Origin: Eledone cirrhosa
Taxonomy: Eukaryota
Length of the DNA: 64,000 nt
Assembly: GCA_964016885.1 (NCBI GenBank)
Contig: OZ024757.1
Coordinates: 2,728,001 to 2,792,000, forward strand
Direction of reading: 5' to 3'
How positions within the stretch are numbered: the first letter of the stretch is position 1; the number at the start of each line of letters is the position of its first letter. Below are positions 57,706 to 64,000 of this stretch, in pieces. The position numbers and the translations under genes are program-made. Under the pieces are notes generated by a model. That model had not been told where the DNA came from. It did not search any database and saw only the letters and a program-made list of their open reading frames with translations.

Positions 57706-58154
57706 AGCCTCAACATGATCCTCACAATATATATATATATTAAAGAGTTAAACAAGATTCAATGAGTATATCAAAGAATGAGTTTTACAAAATCTTGATT
57801 CTTCACCTTAAAATAGCATAAATTAAATATTTTTAAACTTAACCGTTTAACTTTCGGAAAAAATCTCCTTCTACATATATTACCCCTTATCTTTCCCTCT
57901 CTATATATCCTATTCCAGTGGCTCTCATTGACTGTTTTCCTAGATAAACATAAATTGTAGTATCCCACATTTTAAAATCTCTATAACTGTTACATTAACC
58001 AACGTTTTTCTTACTCACACATTCTCTATTGAATTTATTACGTTTTCGCATTTTCTCATTATTATGGTATAAATGTTAAACTTTCTCTTAGGTTAATCAC
58101 TACCTTGATTCAATCTTAACCATTTAACATCTCAGGGTATGTCATGTATCATTA

Positions 58155-58383
58155 TATTTTGTCTGATGAGGACGTACTGTTGTACATCCGAAATATGTAT
58201 AATAAAATGTAATTGATCAAAAGAACATCTATTTTATTAATATTTGTATTTTAATATTGATTTAACACTTCACTGCTCGCAAGTGTTTTTTAAGCTTCAC
58301 ATCATGTCTCCCTATTTTATCTGATGAGAACGCAAATATCATCCCATGATGATATTTGTTTTTGAAATGCGCATAATTAAATA
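58155..58383 (+). ncRNA. Two tandem type I HHRs
   Basis: 58155-58209: tattttgt-CTGATGA-gga..tcc-GAAA-tatgta-TA-ataaaatg. 58313-58383: tattttat-CTGATGA-gaac gcaaatatcat..atgatatttgt..-GAAA-tgcgca-TA-attaaata. Confidence 0.8.
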
Positions 58384-58467
58384 CATGGAACTCTTTTAAC
58401 CATCTTTTGATCTTATATTATATATATATATATATATTAAACACACATAAACACACACTTATAAATC

Positions 58468-58655
58468 TTAGATTCTTCCGCGCCGTTCGGCGCATCGAAC
58501 AATAAGTACTCGCCAATGGTCACGATCAGCGGCAACGTTTTCGAGACCATGCCAGGTGATGTTGGCTGCCATCAGGTCCTTCAGGAACGTTCGTCGCCAG
58601 CTGATCCTTGGGCAACCCCGCCTCCGTTTACCGCCAGGCGGAGTCCACTTCATCG
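58468..58655 (-). mobile_element. RTE-like LINE 3' fragment
   Basis: MKWTPPGGKRRRGCPRISWRRTFLKDL..ITW..AADRDHWR. Confidence 0.8.
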
Positions 58656-58928
58656 CTGTTTACGAATGTCTAATGGTATATTAGGGAACAGGTGAAGGCT
58701 TCAAAAAAATCATCTCTGGCGGTTGCCTTGTTTTAAGTTGGATTGCCTCCAGAACGTAACTTTATTTTGTAAGAAGCTGTCTGATGAGATCATGGCACTT
58801 GTCAGGAATCGCGTGGTCACTGTCGTCATTGGAATATGTGTCCCAGCCTTATCAATAAAGGCCTGTAACATCTGAAACTACTTCGCATTTTCTTATCTCC
58901 CCCCTCTCCCTGTCTCTCTCTCAATATA

Positions 58929-59006
<78 letters not shown>

Positions 59007-59105
59007 TATATACATAGTATATTATAAACATTTTGAAGACCTTACGCTATCATTTTAAAGTAGTGCCTATCTCACTTACTTCTTTTCGGCGAAAGAAGGC
59101 AGAGA

Positions 59106-59147
59106 AGCAAACAGTCTGTTTCATGGTGTTTGGTAATCATCAGAGCT
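59106..59147 (-). ncRNA. Degenerate HHR with C3-G8 core, homologous in context to 48016-48060
   Basis: agct-CTGATGA-ttaccaaacaccat-GAAA-cagactg-TT-tgct; flanks attttgaagacc..ctcacttact and attcttatagaatt match 47940-48120. Confidence 0.6.
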
Positions 59148-59356
59148 AGGTACTGCCCTCTTCCGCCAAGAAGCTGGATTCTTATAGAATTCCAGTAATA
59201 ATTAAGAGCTCATTATTACAGACATAGTCACTACTTCAAAATGATAGCGTAACGTCTTCAAAATGTTTTTAATTAAATATACGGTATATTGGCAAATATA
59301 CTATACATACATTCATGTATACATCGCTATTTCAGAGCATCAATCCTAATACTTAA

Positions 59357-59423
<67 letters not shown>

Positions 59424-59429
<6 letters not shown>

Positions 59430-59771
59430 ATACTTTGGGAGGGTCATGTTGCCAATAAGAAACACACGCACCAGTTGCTTCAATTTATTATAATAAATTT
59501 ATAAATTTAGGAATTTATAAATTTCCGGTTGGTTGGTTGGTTCCACAACCAAATGGTTGTTTATATAAATAAAGAACCATCTGGTTGTGGAACCAATCAA
59601 CCAACCGGAAATTTATAAATTCCTAAATTTATAAATTTATTATAATAAATTGAAGTGAAAGCAACTGGTGCGTGTGTTTCTTATTGGCAACATGACCCTC
59701 CCAAAGTATAACAATATCGGTTTCAACACACGTTTTCAGATAAAGAATCTTGCTAAACAAATTCAGAAACG

Positions 59772-59775
<4 letters not shown>
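59424..59775. repeat. Fold-back element in (TA)n
   Basis: About 59424-59552 is the reverse complement of about 59582-59716. Confidence 0.85.
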
Positions 59776-59847
<72 letters not shown>

Positions 59848-59851
<4 letters not shown>

Positions 59852-60621
59852 TATATTATATTTTGAGAATAAACTCTCAGTCGTTTACAATAATTCAGCT
59901 CCAAGAAAAGGGGCATTTCCGAGCAGTTAAATACATTAAAATATATGATAAACACAAAACGTGTTTGCATTGTAACAGACAAAGTTAGCTATTAATGAAA
60001 TAAACTAATTAAAGTGAATACAATTTGTCTGTCTCGATATAAGTCAATAAAGACAAGCTTATATTGGCAAAGGCCGTGATTCCTGGACAAATCTAAATTT
60101 CAAAATCCAAACCCGCTCCGTAGATGAATTTGAACCTCGAAACCTAAATGTGTTTCGCAACGATGGTACATGAATTGAAAAATAAAGAGAACCGAAATGG
60201 AATTGAAATAAAAAGTGAAATACCCAAATCTTCTGTGCTTATCAACAGGAACCCAGTAAAATTAGTATATTTCACATCAAAAATTTTGCAGGTCTGACTA
60301 CACGTGTGTAGCCAGGCCAAATTAGCCGTCCCGCATTCCCGGTGCTAGAAATAACAGCCGTTTATGCGGGATTAAAGATCAGCTCTACAGTTAAGGAGCA
60401 ATATACTATATTATATTTTGAGAATAAACTCTCAGTCGTTTACAATAAATCAGCTCCAAGAAAGGGGCATTTCCGAGCAGTTAAATACATTAAAATATAT
60501 GATAAACACAAAACGTGTTTGCATTGTAACAGACAAAGTTAGCTATTAATGAAATAAACTAATTAAAGTGAATACAATTTGTCTGTCTCGATATAAGTCA
60601 ATAAAGACAAGCTTATATTGG

Positions 60622-60624
<3 letters not shown>
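59848..60624 (-). mobile_element. HHR element, 555-nt monomer plus about 220-nt terminal redundancy
   Basis: 59851-60070 repeats at 60406-60624; HHR 60080-60251 (-): ttcctg-TTGATAA-gca..tgc-GAAA-long stem III-TC-caggaa. Confidence 0.85.
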
Positions 60625-60698
<74 letters not shown>

Positions 60699-60701
<3 letters not shown>

Positions 60702-62177
60702 CGAAGGAGTTGTGGTAAGGAACCAGATGGACCATAACGCACCAGAGTAATCAATACTTAGGGTAGTAGAGAGGGTAATAGGAGAAAGTATGACCCCGAC
60801 GGCAGAGCTCAAGCCGTTTCGACGGCTATTTCTGGACTAAAGTAAGAGTTTTTTTAGTCTGGTAAATAAATAGCCGAACTTTTCAAGGGGTACTTCCTTA
60901 TATGGGAAGATTGTAGTTGTCAAGAGGATTGGTCAAAATTTGGAGCAGACACAGAAAAGTCTATCATGGCAGTGGGTGCGGGGTGGAGGTGGCTGAACTT
61001 GCCTGTAGAACGATAGGGGAGTGGGTAGAGCCGGTCAAGCGTTGAAGGTGAAATCTTCACGGCTAATTCTAAGGAATGTGTATGAAAGTAGGCAAGAGGA
61101 GGTAAGCGAAAACATGTATCTTTAGAAAAAGGAGGAGGGACGTTATAGAATAGGTAAATCAAATGAGATTAGGGGACAATGAAAAAATATAATAAAAGAG
61201 AATATAATAAAAAATGAGAGAAAGATATATCAGAATGTAAGATTGGAAAGTGAGAAGTGAAATAAAACAGAAACTAAGGAGTCTAAGACAGCTGCTATAT
61301 TTAGTTGGTTCTGCTATGTCGGCCAATGCTATAGAATGGGTTGCTAGATGAGAATTATTGAAAATTTAGAATTGGGTATTAAAAATTAATACAACATCTC
61401 TGGGGTCTAACACAGCTGCTATGAATAGTTAGTATAGCGTAATCGGTGAATGCTATCTGTAAGTTACTGGGGTGGGGGTACTGAGGCTAAAGAGGCCCGA
61501 TGGGCTGCCTCGGGGTAGGCGAAAGGGGGAAAAAAACCAAGAAACGAACGAGGAAGAAGTTCGGTGGTGGAAGGAAGTGATAGTAGGAGACAAAGGGAAG
61601 AAGAAAACATAGAGGTAAAGAAAGGAGGTACATCTACCTATATAAGTTGGGGTTTTCCCTATCTTATTCGGCAAGTGGGGTTTTTCAGCCCTTGTCTACC
61701 TACCCGGATCGTTAGGGGGTTTGAGGGCGAGGTAAGTCTTCCGCAATCTGTGTTTGCATGCAGTTATCAGTTTCATTGTCCCCTAATCTCATTTGATTTA
61801 CCTATTCTATAACGTCCCTCCTCCTTTTTCTAAAGATACCTGTTTTCGCCTACCTCCTCTTGCCTACTTTCATACACATTCCTTAGAATTAGCCGTGAAG
61901 ATTTCACCTTCAACGCTTGACCGGCTCTACCCACTCCCCTATCGTTCTACAGGCAAGTTCAGCCACCTCCACCCCGCACCCACTGCCATGATAGACTTTT
62001 CTGTGTCTGCTCCAAATTTTGACCAATCCTCTTGACAACTACAATCTTCCCATATAAGGAAGTACCCCTTGAAAAGTACCCCGGCTATTTATTTACCAGA
62101 CTAAAAAAACTCTTACTTTAGTCCAGAAATAGCCGTCGAAACGGCTTGAGCTTTGCCGTCGGGATCATACTTTTTCA
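60699..62177 (-). mobile_element. HHR element with 400-bp inverted duplication
   Basis: 61771-62177 is the reverse complement of about 60785-61184; HHRs at 60793-60891 (-) and 62064-62165 (+): acccc-TTGAAAA..GAAA-cggc..gccg-TC-ggg. Confidence 0.85.
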
Positions 62178-62206
62178 TATATATATATATTATTCTTATT
62201 ATTACT

Positions 62207-62408
62207 CGGTGGATTGGCAGTATCGGTAGAGGGTCGAACGCCATGCTTTCCAGCATAGTTACGTCCCTTTACGATCTGAGTTCAAAATCCCGCCGAGGTT
62301 GACTTTGCCTTTCATCCTTACGGGGTCGATAAAATAAAGCACCAGTAATGCACTGGGTAATTGCTGGCCTTGTGCCTAACGTAGAAACAATTAACGTAGA
62401 AACAATTA

Positions 62409-62410
<2 letters not shown>
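62207..62410 (+). mobile_element. SINE with duplicated 3' tail
   Basis: Same family; taacgtagaaacaat occurs twice. Confidence 0.9.
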
Positions 62411-62499
<89 letters not shown>

Positions 62500-62919
62500 C
62501 CGATTTTTCATTCACTTGTTAATTCGTATTTGACTCGAGATATGTTGGTTGAGTACTTATAGAATCTCGACCCCTACCATCACGGAAATTTCTGAACCAG
62601 TGGCCAATCAGTTGACGGTACTTTGGTGACCCGGAGGGATATCAGTTACTACTGTCACATGTTGCATTTACAGCCATAGCCAGCAGAGAAGGGAATCGAA
62701 TCCTGTCGATTGATTGGTTATTGATTAGGCGAAACTCGCTGATGAATCCACATGCGCCGATTGTGTATTGTTGCATAATAAATGCAGACAATGGATACTA
62801 TAGACTTTCAAAACAAATAAGCGAAGGAAGGAACGCTGCCATGGTTATCAATTTTAAAGGTTCGCAAATAGTAAAGCGAACTCCTTTTTATTGGCAGCAT
62901 GGCCCTCCCAAAGTATAGC

Positions 62920-62951
<32 letters not shown>

Positions 62952-62954
<3 letters not shown>

Positions 62955-63828
62955 GTAATCTGAGTTTTTCGAATATTAATAATAACATTCGATTCGTCTG
63001 CAATTATGCAAACAAGCCTCAATTTATAGCCATGTCAGTAGAATGAACACTTCACTCTTGCACTTGCGTTAGCATGCGAACAGAACTGCAGACACTAATG
63101 TTTCTGGGTTTCACCCTTCATCAGTACAGCTCACTGTTGACCTGCAAAACTGTCAGAGCTAGTGAAAATATATGCTATTTTCAAAAATACACAGTGACTG
63201 ATTGGCCTGATTTGTATATTAGCAGACTGGCTGATCAGTCAGATCTGCATATTAGCTGATCCACTGATCAGCCAGATTTGCATATCAGCAGACTGGCATG
63301 CGAGCGATAAATGGCCGGTTTTGCCAAATTCAAATAATAAAGAAAATTTCGCTCTACATGGCTGAATAAATGTAATCTGAGTTTTTCGAATATTAATGAT
63401 AACATTCGATTCGTTTGCAATTATGCAAACAATCCTCATTTTTATAGCCATGTCAGTAGAATGAACACTTTATTCTTGCTCTTGTGTTGGCATGTGAACA
63501 GAACTGCATTCTACTGACATAGCTATAAAATTGAGGCTTGTTTGCATAATTGCAAACGAATCGAATGTTATTATTAAATGTGGATTGGCAGTATCGATAG
63601 AGGGTCGGATGCCATGCTTTCCAGCATAGTTACGTCCCTTAACGATCTGAGTTCAAATCCCGCTGAGGTTGACTTTGCCTTTCATCCTTACGGGGTCGAT
63701 AAAATAAAGTACCAGTAATGCACTGGGTAATTGCTGGCCTTGTGCCAAAAGTAGAAACAATTATTAATATTCGAAAAACTCAGATTACATTTATTGTATT
63801 CAGCCATGTAGAGCGAAATTTTCTTTCT
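62952..63828 (-). mobile_element. HHR element, 417-nt monomer with redundancy and inversion, interrupted by a SINE
   Basis: aatgtaatctgag at 62952 and 63369; HHR 63086-63129 (-): ctgta-CTGATGA-agggtgaaaccca-GAAA-cattagtg-TC-tgcag; inverted part about 63506-63828. Confidence 0.85.
63579..63759 (+). mobile_element. SINE
   Basis: Same family; flanked by attattaa. Confidence 0.9.
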
Positions 63829-64000
63829 ATATATATATACACACAGATGAATTTATGCTTTATAGTTTGTCATTTGTTGATATCGATTACTCCTCGAATA
63901 TGAGTAAATTCTCTGTCCATTCAGTTAATATATATCTGCAGGTTGTTCCGTGGATTTTGGGTGCACATTTCTGACAATAAATTTTGACACATGTTGATAA

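Noticed and set aside
60920-62035. Identical 80-aa ORFs on opposite strands
   Set aside because: A by-product of the 400-bp inverted duplication, with no recognisable domain.

Overview
AT-rich eukaryotic, repeat-saturated DNA with no recognisable host gene. The tRNA-derived SINE family, dense (TA)n microsatellites and Penelope-like elements (PLEs) suggest a cephalopod (Octopus-like) genome; this is an inference. The window holds one near-intact PLE (RT plus C-terminal GIY-YIG, probably Naiad-type, 5579-12714, one frameshift), several decayed PLEs of at least three clades, RTE-type LINE fragments, six SINEs and large satellites. Most ORFs in the supplied track are microsatellite artefacts. Three patterns stand out. 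(1) More than 25 type-I hammerhead ribozyme (HHR) motifs, many in small non-coding elements of about 417-591 nt that sit in (TA)n tracts as a monomer with terminal redundancy, as concatemers, or with 5' inversions. These look like retrozyme/circRNA-type parasites of PLE machinery. (2) Four unrelated families carry the compensatory U3-A8 core (UUGANAA) instead of C3-G8, and one of them shows both states. (3) A fold-back inside the PLE 3' region has about 29 arm mismatches, all explained by A-to-G on the transcribed strand, as expected if ADAR-hyperedited RNA was reverse-transcribed back into the genome. All alignments and counts were done by eye.
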